Source: Candidatus Omnitrophota bacterium (lineage in GTDB: Bacteria; Omnitrophota; Omnitrophia; Omnitrophales; Aquincolibacteriaceae). From it: 55,231 nt of DNA. Below are positions 1-10,865 of this stretch, piece after piece. Made by a program: the position numbers and the translations under genes. A model generated the notes under the pieces. The model ran no database searches. It was not told the DNA's origin and worked only from the letters and a program-made list of their open reading frames with translations. The stretch lies in contig JAZDJU010000117.1 in NCBI GenBank assembly GCA_043803685.1, positions 1-55,231 on the forward strand, in the 5' to 3' direction. How positions within the stretch are numbered: the first letter of the stretch is position 1; each line of letters starts with the position of its first letter.

Positions 1-358
1 GGGACTCAGGACTTACGTCCACGATCTGCGCGCGGAACGTAGGAACGACATGCATGAGATCTTTGCGATTAGCCCCGTTCGCTCCGATCTTCACCAACAC
101 AAGCTCCCGCGCGATCATGTCCTTGATCGTGAGATCGTCGACGCGGATCACGTCCACCAGTTTGTTCAACTGTTTCATGATCTGTTCGACCACGCGGTCA
201 TCCCCGTTCGCGACGACCGTCATGCGCGACACTTCCGGGTCTTGCGTCTCCCCGACAGCCAAACTGTCGATATTGAACCCGCGAGCCGAAAAAAGTCCCG
301 CGACGCGCGCCAAAACGCCCGCATGATTTTCCACTAAGACTGAGACGGTATGTTGCAT
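1..358 (-). CDS. ilvN: Acetolactate synthase small (regulatory) subunit, 3' end outside window
   Basis: Manual translation from ATG at 358: MQHTVSVLVENHAGVLARVAGLFSARGFNIDSLAVGET... (ACT domain); directly downstream of ilvB; absent from the ORF track because it runs off the edge. Confidence 0.93.
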   Translation of the reverse strand, partial: MQHTVSVLVENHAGVLARVAGLFSARGFNIDSLAVGETQDPEVSRMTVVANGDDRVVEQIMKQLNKLVDVIRVDDLTIKDMIARELVLVKIGANGANRKDLMHVVPTFRAQIVDVSPES

Positions 359-391
359 TTTTTCAACCTTTCTTTTTTAAAGAAGCGATTT

Positions 392-455
392 TAGAAGCCA
401 AGATGCAAGAGACAAGAAACAAAGATTTTCTTGCGTCTACGCTTCTTGTTTCTGA
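392..455. repeat. Heptamer-periodic inverted repeat element E1 (CAAGA / TCTTG units)
   Basis: CAAG at 399, 406, 413 (CAAAG at 420); TCT at 429, 436, 444, 451; between ilvB and ilvN. Confidence 0.7.
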
Positions 456-459
456 TTTT

Positions 460-2145
460 TTATGCCATATCCATGATCTGATCCAGAGCATTCCCGGCAG
501 GCACCATCGGATATACATTCGCTTCCGCGGTCACAATGCATTGCACCACAACGGGCCCTTTGTGAGCTAGCGCCTTCTTGATCGCCGGAACCACGTCTTT
601 TTTCTGCTGGACCCGGATTGCGAGAATCCCGTAGGCACCCACCAATTTCACGAAATCAGGATTGGTCGGACCGATCACGGAACCGGAATAACGCCGCTTG
701 TAGAAAAGCTCCTGCCACTGACGGACCATGCCGTAGTAGCCATTATCCATGATAAATGTTTTGACCGGCACTTTGTTGTAAGCGGCGGTCGCAAGCTCCG
801 TCATGGTCATCTGGAACGATCCATCGCCTTCAATGCAAACCACCGTATCCTTCGGTCTTCCGAGTTGCGCGCCGATGGCAGCGGGAAAACCGTAGCCCAT
901 AGTTCCGAGCCCCCCGGACGTAAGCATGGTGCGCGGCCGGTCGAACTGATACCACTGGGCCGTCCACATCTGATGCTGTCCCACGCCGGTGACCACGATC
1001 GCCCGGTGTTTCGTAAGCTCCCCGATCTTTTCGATCACATACGCGGGATGGATCTTTTGCCCCACGCTTTCATACTTCATGGGATGTTTTTCTTTCCAAG
1101 CATCGATCTGAGTCAGCCACTCCTTCATGTCCGGACGCTTATCCGGGACGAGCTTGTTCCATCTTTCGATCGCCCTTTTGACGTCACACACGACGGGCAC
1201 GTGCGCCCGTACCGTTTTTGAGATCGCCGAAGGATCGACATCGACATGAATGATCTTGGCATGAGGCGCGAACTTCGACACATTCCCGGTCACGCGATCA
1301 TCAAAACGAGCGCCAAGCCCGATCAACACATCCGAATTCTGAACGGCATAGTTCGCGAAATGAGTCCCGTGCATCCCGAGCATTCGAAGCGCCGACTTGT
1401 GCGTTTCTGGAAAGATCCCGAGCCCCAGGATCGTCGTCGTGATGGGGATCCCCGTCTTTTCGACGAACGCGCGGATTTCTTTTTCAGCACCAGAAATGAT
1501 CGCCCCGCCTCCCACATAGAGCACAGGCCGCTTGCTCCCGCGGATCAACTCGGCGGCCTTCAAAAGCTGCGCCTCCACTCCGGGGCATTCCACATCCGGT
1601 TGATAGCTCCGGATAAAAACATCCTTCGGCCACACGAACTCTGTTTGAGCGCGGCTGATATCCACCGGAAAATCGATCAGCACCGGACCGGGCTTTCCGG
1701 TCGTCGCGATATGGAACGCCTCGCGCACGATCCTCGCGATATCGCGAACATCCTTGACCAGAAAATTATGCTTCGTGATGGGACGCGTGATCCCGACAAT
1801 GTCCACTTCCTGGAACGCGTCGCTTCCGATCGCGTTCGTCGTCACCTGCCCGGTAATGCAAACCATCGGCACGGAATCCATGTAAGCAGTCGCAAGCCCC
1901 GTCACGGTATTCGTGGCCGCGGGCCCGGACGTCACCAAACAAACCCCCGGACGTCCCGTCGCGCGGGCATATCCGTCCGCCATGTGCGTCGCGCCCTGTT
2001 CGTGCTTCGTCAGGATCAGCTTGATCTTCGAATCGAAGAGGACGTCATACGTGGGAAGAATAACCCCTCCCGGAAGTCCAAAAATGTGTTCCACTCCTTC
2101 TTTTTCGAGGCATTTGATCAGGATCTGAGCGCCCGTAAGTTTCAT
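460..2145 (-). CDS. ilvB: Acetolactate synthase large subunit, biosynthetic type
   Basis: HEQGATHMADGYAR, TSGPAATN, AFQEVD, GMHG and the ThDP-binding GDGSFQM motif. Confidence 0.96.
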   Translation of the reverse strand: MKLTGAQILIKCLEKEGVEHIFGLPGGVILPTYDVLFDSKIKLILTKHEQGATHMADGYARATGRPGVCLVTSGPAATNTVTGLATAYMDSVPMVCITGQVTTNAIGSDAFQEVDIVGITRPITKHNFLVKDVRDIARIVREAFHIATTGKPGPVLIDFPVDISRAQTEFVWPKDVFIRSYQPDVECPGVEAQLLKAAELIRGSKRPVLYVGGGAIISGAEKEIRAFVEKTGIPITTTILGLGIFPETHKSALRMLGMHGTHFANYAVQNSDVLIGLGARFDDRVTGNVSKFAPHAKIIHVDVDPSAISKTVRAHVPVVCDVKRAIERWNKLVPDKRPDMKEWLTQIDAWKEKHPMKYESVGQKIHPAYVIEKIGELTKHRAIVVTGVGQHQMWTAQWYQFDRPRTMLTSGGLGTMGYGFPAAIGAQLGRPKDTVVCIEGDGSFQMTMTELATAAYNKVPVKTFIMDNGYYGMVRQWQELFYKRRYSGSVIGPTNPDFVKLVGAYGILAIRVQQKKDVVPAIKKALAHKGPVVVQCIVTAEANVYPMVPAGNALDQIMDMA

Positions 2146-2199
2146 ATTTCGTTTTCCCTATCTACCTTTTTTGTTTTCCTTGCCGTAAGTTTAAAAAGT

Positions 2200-3381
2200 T
2201 CAAACCGCAAAAAAATCTTTTACGCCTTTTTTGAATTTTCCCTTCCAGGTCTTTTGTTGCTTGCTAACGGAAGTGGCCCAATTCTGGCTTGCGGTTTCCA
2301 TCCACTCAAAAGCCGACTTTTTGAATTCCAGATCGCCGAGATCTTCATCGTTCTTGTATTCCACGAGATGGATCGGATAGCCATTCCCCTGGAACTTATC
2401 GAACCAGGCCTGGTTCTTGGCCCGGGCGTCACTCCCCGTTTTCAAAGCGACAAAGAAAGGGATCTGGTCGGCCCCATCCGTCTGGGGCTGGACCAATTCG
2501 GAAAAAGGCCCGGCCCAAGCCTGTCCCAACAGAGCCGCCGCGGCAAATTCTTTGGGATGTTTGGTCGCCATGTACGCCGCATAATGGGCTCCCGAATCTT
2601 TCCCGACAAGATAAACACGATCCTTACTGATCGGAAAACGCTCCACCATATCTCTTTTTACGTCGAGGAGCCATGTGTCGAGCGTATAAGGCGTGTCCCC
2701 GCCTTTCGGCCAAAGCACATACGGCGCCAGGATAAAAAGGCTCTTTCTTTGAGCAAGCCCCGATAGATATTCGATCTGCTGTTCAGCTTTTGCGTCCTCA
2801 GCCGGCGCGATCATGATCATCGCGTAGGTCCTATCCAATTTATAATCCTTGGGCGCGAATAAAAAAACAGGGTATTTATAACCGCTCACCTCGACGAGCC
2901 CGGACGGGTTCGACGCCCCAAAAACCTGGTCTTCCGGCATCTCCTTGAGCGCCGCTTGAGGGGCGACCTTGGAAACCACTGGAGGTGCGACCGCTCCAGC
3001 TGTCTTGACAGCTTGTGTCTTAGACGAAACCACCGGCAAAACAGCAACTTGTGTTTTTGGCAAAGCCACCGAAGGAACCACCACTTGCTTAGGCATCACG
3101 GTCTCGGGAGTTTCCATCGCCAAGGGCATTTTCTCAATCACCTGCGTTTTGGACGAAGCCACCGACGGCACAACCGTTGGCGCTGAAGTGGTGTCTTCCA
3201 AAACTTGCTCCGCCAAAGCCATTTCTTCTAGGGCTTTCTGTTCGCTAGCGCCTGGAAGCGTTTCATCATAATTCGCGGCGGCTTTTTTTTCTTCCACCGT
3301 CGTGGCATAACCGGACACACTGTTTGCGATCACAAAGACACTCAAAAAAACAAACAAAAGACTCTCGCGACAGTTTTTCAT
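2200..3381 (-). CDS. Exported protein: signal peptide, low-complexity linker, C-terminal alpha/beta-hydrolase-like domain
   Basis: Hydrophobic N-terminus; ISKDRVYLVGKDSGAHYA...HPKEFAAAA resembles esterase/peptidase nucleophile-elbow regions. Confidence 0.6.
   Translation of the reverse strand: MKNCRESLLFVFLSVFVIANSVSGYATTVEEKKAAANYDETLPGASEQKALEEMALAEQVLEDTTSAPTVVPSVASSKTQVIEKMPLAMETPETVMPKQVVVPSVALPKTQVAVLPVVSSKTQAVKTAGAVAPPVVSKVAPQAALKEMPEDQVFGASNPSGLVEVSGYKYPVFLFAPKDYKLDRTYAMIMIAPAEDAKAEQQIEYLSGLAQRKSLFILAPYVLWPKGGDTPYTLDTWLLDVKRDMVERFPISKDRVYLVGKDSGAHYAAYMATKHPKEFAAAALLGQAWAGPFSELVQPQTDGADQIPFFVALKTGSDARAKNQAWFDKFQGNGYPIHLVEYKNDEDLGDLEFKKSAFEWMETASQNWATSVSKQQKTWKGKFKKGVKDFFAV
3011..3175 (-). 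repeat. Three ~36-bp intragenic repeats encoding a 12-aa unit
   Basis: VVPSVASSKTQV (3140-3175), VVPSVALPKTQV (3047-3082), AVLPVVSSKTQA (3011-3046). Confidence 0.8.
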
Positions 3382-3442
3382 TGGACCCTCGATCCTGTGG
3401 GGACTTGAATTGACGTAACCCTCTGAAACGAAAGAGGTTATT

Positions 3443-3470
3443 ATTATATGGATAACCTTGGGCTTGTCAA
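3443..3470 (-). promoter_or_regulatory. Sigma70-type promoter
   Basis: TTGACA-16 nt-TATAAT on the minus strand upstream of 2200..3381. Confidence 0.7.
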
Positions 3471-3528
3471 CGCGGGTGAAACTGACAAAAAAAGACCTTC
3501 TTAGCGCTTTCCCCGGAAAAAAATCACA

Positions 3529-5318
<1,790 letters not shown>

Positions 5319-5359
5319 TTAAAGAAAATACCGGGAAAAACCCACAGATTCAGGCGGTG

Positions 5360-5387
5360 ATTATAGCAAATCCTCGAGGGGTGTCCA
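5360..5387 (-). promoter_or_regulatory. Probable eno promoter
   Basis: TGGACA-16 nt-TATAAT. Confidence 0.55.
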
Positions 5388-5416
5388 GCACCACGGCAGA
5401 AGCCGGCCAACTCTCT

Positions 5417-5995
5417 TCAGCCGCTTGCTTTTCCAGACAGCACAAGATTTAAAGCCTGGGGATAAATTTCGTATTCGAACTCGTGGATGCGAGCCTCCAG
5501 GCTTTCGATCGTGTCGGTTGGAAGCACTGGCACTTTCCGCTGAAGGATCACGGCGCCGGTATCGACCCCCGCGTCCACGAAATGGACTGACACGCCGGTC
5601 TCTTTCACCTTGGCGTCCCAGGCGTCCTTGATCGCGTGGCCGCCAGGAAATGCCGGCAAAAGCGCGGGATGGATATTGATAAGCCGTCCGTAGTATTTTT
5701 TGACGAATCCCTCGGTCAAGATGCGCATGAACCCGGCCAGCACGACGAGATCGACCTTGTTTTCCTCAAGACATGCGTCGAGGGCCTTATCAAAAGCCTC
5801 GCGGTCCGCGTATGCCTTGTGATCGATCACGGCCGTTTTGACCCCGAACGCGGCCGCCTTCTCGAGCGCTTTCACGCCAGGCTTGTTCGAAATGACAAGC
5901 GCGGCCTCAGCCTGGACTTCCCCCGATCGGATCTTGGCAACGATGTTCGCCATATTCGTGCCGCTACCTGACACCAAAAAAGCGATACGCTTCAT
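5417..5995 (-). CDS. purN: Phosphoribosylglycinamide formyltransferase
   Basis: SGSGTN, LAGFMRIL, NIHPALLPAFPG, HFVDAGVDTG. Confidence 0.96.
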   Translation of the reverse strand: MKRIAFLVSGSGTNMANIVAKIRSGEVQAEAALVISNKPGVKALEKAAAFGVKTAVIDHKAYADREAFDKALDACLEENKVDLVVLAGFMRILTEGFVKKYYGRLINIHPALLPAFPGGHAIKDAWDAKVKETGVSVHFVDAGVDTGAVILQRKVPVLPTDTIESLEARIHEFEYEIYPQALNLVLSGKASG

Positions 5996-6690
5996 GCGGC
6001 TCTCCTCCGGGGCAAAACTTTTTTACGCCCTTTGCCCGACACCAGAACCACCATCTCTCCTTTGCGAGGCCTCTCGCTCATATCCTTGATAAGCTCGGAC
6101 AGATCGCCGCGCAAAAATTCCTCAAATTTTTTTGTAAGCTCCCGCGCGACCGAAGCCTCACGGTCCCCGAACACTTCCAGCATGTCCTGGAGCGTTTTCA
6201 CGATCCGAAAAGGCGACTCAAAAAAAATGAGCGTCTCTTCCCTTTCGATAAGCGCCTCGAGCTCATGCCGGCGGCGCTGTCCCTTATTCGAAAGAAATCC
6301 AAAAAAACTGAAACTGTCCGTCGGCAGACCGCTCAACACAAGCGCCGTCGTGATCGCCGAAGGTCCGGGCAACGTTTCCACCGGCAATGCTTCGGCAAGC
6401 GCGGCGTGAACGATCTGGAACCCGGGATCCGACACAAGCGGCATGCCGCCGTCTGACACAAGCGCCAGATGTTTTCCTTCCTTAAGGAGCGCTAAAAGCC
6501 CCGCCGTTCTTTGTTCGGAGCTGTGATCGTGATAGCTCTGAAGCGGTTTCACGATCCCGTAATGCTGAAGGAGTTTCTGCGTCTGCCGCGTATCCTCGCA
6601 AACAATGATATCCGCCTGTTTCAAGGTCTCCAGCGCCCGCAGAGTGATATCCGCGAGGTTGCCGATCGGCGTTGGGATAATGCTTAACAT
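5992..6690 (-). CDS. rsmI: 16S rRNA (cytidine1402-2'-O)-methyltransferase
   Basis: PTPIGNLADIT, CEDTR, VSDGGMPLVSDPG, ARELTKKFEE; likely start ATG 6690. Confidence 0.94.
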   Translation of the reverse strand: MLSIIPTPIGNLADITLRALETLKQADIIVCEDTRQTQKLLQHYGIVKPLQSYHDHSSEQRTAGLLALLKEGKHLALVSDGGMPLVSDPGFQIVHAALAEALPVETLPGPSAITTALVLSGLPTDSFSFFGFLSNKGQRRRHELEALIEREETLIFFESPFRIVKTLQDMLEVFGDREASVARELTKKFEEFLRGDLSELIKDMSERPRKGEMVVLVSGKGRKKVLPRRRAA

Positions 6691-6716
6691 AGGGCTAAGG
6701 CTCCCATTCTTCAAAA

Positions 6717-6733
6717 AAGGGGTCAGACCCCTT
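6717..6733. repeat. Short REP-like palindrome AAGGGGTCAGACCCCTT
   Basis: 8-bp inverted repeat with a 1-nt centre; identical core inside queA at 42964-42986. Confidence 0.65.
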
Positions 6734-7739
6734 ATCGTTTCCGCTCAAGCACATAATCCGCAAGCTGCTCGAGACTCGTTCTGAAAGGAGATGCGGGAAA
6801 AATTTCGAGTTCGCGCTTGGCTCGATCCACGAACGCTCTTGCCTTGGCAAAGGTGTAATCCAGGGCCCCGCTCTTTTCGAGGATCTCCCGGAGCATGGAA
6901 AAACGTTTGCGGTGGCTACGGGAATAAAGAACGCGCACCACCTTGTCCCGTTCCGCCGACGCCAGACAATGGATCACGGGAAGCGTGTAAACGCCTTCCT
7001 CAAGATCGAGCCCGAGGGTTTTGCCGAATTCATTTTCGTTGCCGAAGAAATCCAGATAATCGTCCGTGATCTGGAACGCCATCCCGAAAAGTTCTCCGAA
7101 TCGTCCAAGCGCTTCGGCTTTTTCAGGCTCGATCCCCCAGATAAGCGCTCCGGTCTGAAGGGCGCACCCGAGGAACGATGCCGTCTTTTTCCGGAGGATC
7201 TCGAGATGCATCTCTTCGGTCAGGTTGATGTTCTTCTTCTCGCTGATCTCCTGGACCTCGCCCTCGCAGATCTCGCCGGCAGTTTTAAGGAAGAGTGGAA
7301 TGATCTGGTCGTTCCCGTAACGAAAGATCGTCACGATCGCGCGGTCGTGAAAAAAATCTCCCGCGAGGACCGCCGCCTGAGGCCCCGATTTGATGTGAAG
7401 GGCCGAAACACCCCTTCTCAGAGGCGCGGAATCAATGATGTCATCATGAATAAGCGTCGCCGCGTGAAAGATCTCGGCGGCCGCGGCGAGATGAAGCTCC
7501 GCCGTTTCATTGCGCTCGGAAGGGATCCCGTGTTCGGGCCTGAGCGTCCTTGAAAGACCCGCCCCCAAAAAGATCAGGGCCGGCCGGAGGAGCTTGCCTT
7601 CCTTGGAAAAGAAATGGTCGACCATCTCGCGCATCTTGAGGATGGGCGTCTCGAGCGTCTCGCGTATCAGCGAGGGCACCTGAACAAGATTAGCGTGAAC
7701 CGGAGCGTAGATGTTTTCCAGGGACAAGGTCGTCTTCAT
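6732..7739 (-). CDS. Polyprenyl diphosphate synthase (IspA/IspB/HepT family)
   Basis: GKLLRP, IHDDIID..LRRG, FQITDDYLD, GKTLGLDLEEG; likely start ATG 7739. Confidence 0.9.
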   Translation of the reverse strand: MKTTLSLENIYAPVHANLVQVPSLIRETLETPILKMREMVDHFFSKEGKLLRPALIFLGAGLSRTLRPEHGIPSERNETAELHLAAAAEIFHAATLIHDDIIDSAPLRRGVSALHIKSGPQAAVLAGDFFHDRAIVTIFRYGNDQIIPLFLKTAGEICEGEVQEISEKKNINLTEEMHLEILRKKTASFLGCALQTGALIWGIEPEKAEALGRFGELFGMAFQITDDYLDFFGNENEFGKTLGLDLEEGVYTLPVIHCLASAERDKVVRVLYSRSHRKRFSMLREILEKSGALDYTFAKARAFVDRAKRELEIFPASPFRTSLEQLADYVLERKR

Positions 7740-7760
7740 AAGAGGGCGTATTATACAATA

Positions 7761-7843
7761 AACAGACTGGAGACGACAGACTTCAGACCGCAAAAAACCG
7801 CTGGTTTTAGTCTGCCGTCTCTGGTCTGCGGTCTGTTGTCTGT
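7761..7843. repeat. Heptamer-periodic inverted repeat element E2 (AGAC / GTCT units)
   Basis: AGAC at 7764, 7771, 7778, 7785; GTCT at 7810, 7817, 7824, 7831, 7838; right arm encodes the RsmA C-terminal tail. Confidence 0.85.
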
Positions 7844-8685
7844 TTTCTCAGGGCCTTTGCAAGAAGCACGAATTGTTCCAGAGAAAGGGTCTCGCCGCGA
7901 ACTTTGAGAGAGAGCCCGAGTTCTCCAAAAACACGTTCGAGCACATCGCGCCCATGCGCCGGTTGGATCTGATGCGCGAGGAGCGATAAAAGGGTTTTTC
8001 GCCGCTGACTGAAGGCAACGCGGACGATCTCCAGGAGGAATTTCTCGTCGCCTGTGTTGGATTGAGGACGAAAGACAAAACGCACGACCCGGGACGTCAC
8101 CTCCGGCGGCGGAAGAAAGCACTTCGGCGAAACATCAAAAAGGAATTCCGTTTCGCCGTAAAGACTGCTCGTGACGCTCAAACGTCCATAGTCCTCATCC
8201 CCCGCTTTGGCCGTGAGCCGCGCGGCAACTTCTTTTTGAAGCATCATGACGGCGCTGGAAAAGACCTGGGCGTGATCGATCAGATGGAACAGGATGGGCG
8301 TGCTGATGTAATAAGGAAGATTGCCGATCACTTTCACCTTCGTAGCGGGACCGGCCCATTCCTGAATGATCTTCGAGGGATCGCTTTTCAGGATATCTCC
8401 CTGGACCAGTTTGAAATGCCCCGGATATTCCGGTAGAAGTTCCTCGGTCAGGATCTCGACGAATTTCTTGTCCGTCTCCACCGCGAGCAAGGGAAATCCG
8501 CGGCCGAGGACTTCGCGCGTCACCGCCCCGAGCCCAGGACCGATCTCGAAAACACGTTCGCCGGGTTGAAGGTCCAGGGCATCCACGATCTTACGGATCG
8601 TATTCGGATCCATCAAGAGATGCTGGCCCAAATGGCCGCGGATCCGCAGGCCGTATTTCTTAAGGAGTTCTATTTGCGTGAGCAT
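7807..8685 (-). CDS. rsmA: 16S rRNA dimethyladenosine transferase KsgA
   Basis: LGQHLL, EIGPGLG, GNLPYYIS, MLQKEVA, AFSQRRKTL. Confidence 0.96.
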   Translation of the reverse strand: MLTQIELLKKYGLRIRGHLGQHLLMDPNTIRKIVDALDLQPGERVFEIGPGLGAVTREVLGRGFPLLAVETDKKFVEILTEELLPEYPGHFKLVQGDILKSDPSKIIQEWAGPATKVKVIGNLPYYISTPILFHLIDHAQVFSSAVMMLQKEVAARLTAKAGDEDYGRLSVTSSLYGETEFLFDVSPKCFLPPPEVTSRVVRFVFRPQSNTGDEKFLLEIVRVAFSQRRKTLLSLLAHQIQPAHGRDVLERVFGELGLSLKVRGETLSLEQFVLLAKALRKQTTDRRPETAD

Positions 8686-9677
8686 TTCACAAGAACGGCT
8701 TTCTCCGCGAGACGGAGCGCCGCAAGCATTGAAGAGGCATCGGCCTTACCTTGATAGGCAATATCGAAAGCCGTGCCGTGGTCCGGAGAAGTACGCACAT
8801 AAGGAAGGCCAAGCGTCACATTCACACCGTCATGAAAAGCAACCAGCTTGAACGGCGCCAGCCCCTGGTCGTGATACATGGCGATCACGGCATCATACCG
8901 GCCATGATACGCCGCGTAAAATAGAAGGTCCGCCGAAAGAGGGCCCGTGACATTCAGCCCCTTGCGTCGCGCGGCACGAACCGCCGGCTCGATGACTTTC
9001 GCCTCCTCGTCCCCGGATTCCTTGCCATGAGGATTCAGAGCGCATACCGCGATCCGGGGCTTTTTGACGCCCAGTCCGCGCTTGAGCATGGCGTCCGTCA
9101 GAACGATCTTTTCCAGAATGTTTTTGGAGGAGAACAGTCCGCTTACTTTCTTGAGCGGGACATGGATGGTCGCAAGGGTCACATTGAGACGGGGGCTCAC
9201 GAACATCATGGCGAATTTTCGCGCTCCGGCTTTTCCCGCGAGAAACTCCGTGTGCCCGATGAATTTTCTGTCCACAAGGCGGATCGCGCTCTTGTTCACC
9301 GGCGCTGTCACGATCGCGTCCACGATCCCTTGTTTTGCCAAAGCAGCCGCCTTCTCGATCGCCGCGAGCGCAAGCCGCCCGTTCTCGCGACTCAAGGCCC
9401 CGAGCTTGAATGACCCGGCACCCGGCGTTCCTTCCGCGATATCCAGTAGATAAATTTGGCCGCCGCGAAGAGTTCCGGGAAGAACGGACGAGATTGTTTT
9501 AAACGGGATCCATAATCCGGTTCTCTGGCAGAGCGTTTTAAAAACCTGCCGGGAACCTATGAGAAGATAGGCCAACCGCTTCGAGGGTTTTTCTTTTTGG
9601 AGGGCTTTCACGAGGATCTCGGGACCGATACCACCCGGATCGCCCATCGTCAGGGCAATGATCGCTGTTTGTTTCAT
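8670..9677 (-). CDS. pdxA: 4-hydroxythreonine-4-phosphate dehydrogenase
   Basis: TMGDPGGIGPE, GHTEFL, AMYHDQGL, RTSPDHGTAFDIA; likely start ATG 9677. Confidence 0.95.
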   Translation of the reverse strand: MKQTAIIALTMGDPGGIGPEILVKALQKEKPSKRLAYLLIGSRQVFKTLCQRTGLWIPFKTISSVLPGTLRGGQIYLLDIAEGTPGAGSFKLGALSRENGRLALAAIEKAAALAKQGIVDAIVTAPVNKSAIRLVDRKFIGHTEFLAGKAGARKFAMMFVSPRLNVTLATIHVPLKKVSGLFSSKNILEKIVLTDAMLKRGLGVKKPRIAVCALNPHGKESGDEEAKVIEPAVRAARRKGLNVTGPLSADLLFYAAYHGRYDAVIAMYHDQGLAPFKLVAFHDGVNVTLGLPYVRTSPDHGTAFDIAYQGKADASSMLAALRLAEKAVLVKCSRK

Positions 9678-9694
9678 AGGGTCTGGACCGCGTT

Positions 9695-9773
9695 CGTTCC
9701 ACGTGCCATGAGCCACGGGCCACAATTAGCCAGCGAGTCTTTACGTTGTTTCGTGGCTCGTGGACCGTGTCCC
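9695..9773. repeat. Heptamer-periodic inverted repeat element E3 (CCACG / CGTGG units)
   Basis: CCAC/CCAT at 9699, 9706, 9713, 9720; CGTG at 9752, 9759, 9766; between surA and pdxA. Confidence 0.8.
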
Positions 9774-9774
9774 A

Positions 9775-10746
9775 TCATTTTATTGAGATGTAAGCCGCTT
9801 TCTTGACCTCTTCCATCCAGTCTTGGAATCTCTTGGTGCTTTTTTCCTGAAAAAGATACCCCGAGATCTGTTCCTTCACCTCGTCAAAACTGCGGACCGT
9901 TTCGGCTTCCTTCGCTTCGATCCGGAAGATATGGTACCCGATGGGTGTTTCGACGATCCCCGTAAGCTGTCCCACGGGAGTCTTGAAGATCACGTTATCC
10001 ACGGATTCGATCATCGCGCCGCGCTCAATCCACTCCCCAGGCTCTTCCTGTTTGGCATGACTGTCTTCGGAAGCTTCTTTCACGATCTTGTCAAAATCAC
10101 GGTCGAGCTTGATCTTCTGCTCCAGAAGCTCGATCCTCCGCTTCGCCTTCTCGTCCGTCAGACCTTTCATGCGGGCCTCTTCGCCTTTTTTGATCGTAAG
10201 CGACCGGACCCGGACACGCTCCTTGGTCTTGAACTTATCGGGACTGTTCTTGTAAAAATTCTCCACCTCCGTCGGCGACACGATCACTTTGGAACGGATC
10301 TCACGGTCCTGAAGCTGGCGGACCATCGACTGCTTCTTGAGCCGCTCCCGGAGAGCCTTCATCGTCAGGCCCTCCCGTTCCAGCATCTCCTCAAGCTCCC
10401 CCGGTTTTTCCATCTTTTCCTTGAACTCCCGGAGCTCCTTGTCCACGTCCTCGTCCTTGACTTCGATCCCTAAAAGAACCGCTTCCTGATACACCAGTTT
10501 GTCCTCGATCATCTGGCTCAGGATCTTCTGACGGACTTCATTCATCTGTTTCATCAGCTCCGCGCCCGTGTATTCCTTGCTGTATTGTTCGTACACCGGA
10601 CGAAGAAAGTTATCCATTTCAGCCTGGGTGATGACCTCGTCATTGACGACGGCCACAACGCGATCGAGCAGTTCCTGCTCCGCAGCGCGAAGCGACGGCG
10701 CGAAAAGCAGACAAAGACAGAGGATAAGAAGAATGTGTTTTTTCAT
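9775..10746 (-). CDS. surA: SurA-like peptidylprolyl isomerase/chaperone
   Basis: Signal peptide, DRVVAVVNDEVIT, parvulin-like VETPIGYHIF; surA-pdxA-rsmA synteny; start ATG 10746. Confidence 0.85.
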   Translation of the reverse strand: MKKHILLILCLCLLFAPSLRAAEQELLDRVVAVVNDEVITQAEMDNFLRPVYEQYSKEYTGAELMKQMNEVRQKILSQMIEDKLVYQEAVLLGIEVKDEDVDKELREFKEKMEKPGELEEMLEREGLTMKALRERLKKQSMVRQLQDREIRSKVIVSPTEVENFYKNSPDKFKTKERVRVRSLTIKKGEEARMKGLTDEKAKRRIELLEQKIKLDRDFDKIVKEASEDSHAKQEEPGEWIERGAMIESVDNVIFKTPVGQLTGIVETPIGYHIFRIEAKEAETVRSFDEVKEQISGYLFQEKSTKRFQDWMEEVKKAAYISIK

Positions 10747-10794
10747 AGGGGGCATTATACAACAATTCAGACTTGAGACAACGGTCGTAAAAAC

Positions 10795-10865
10795 CGGATG
10801 GAGGATGGCGGAGGGCGTTTTTGTTTTGTTGCTACCCGCCATCCACCATCCGCCTTCCTGCTTTC
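10795..10865. repeat. Heptamer-periodic inverted repeat element E4 (GGATGG / CCATCC units)
   Basis: GGA(T/G)GG at 10796, 10803, 10810; CTACCC/CCATCC/CCATCC/CCTTCC at 10832, 10839, 10846, 10853; abuts the mfd stop. Confidence 0.8.

Noticed and set aside
1246..2766. Long plus-strand ORFs (also 17511..19151, 20256..21620, 32155..33753, 39974..41026)
   Set aside because: Antisense shadows of well-supported minus-strand genes, with no motifs of their own.
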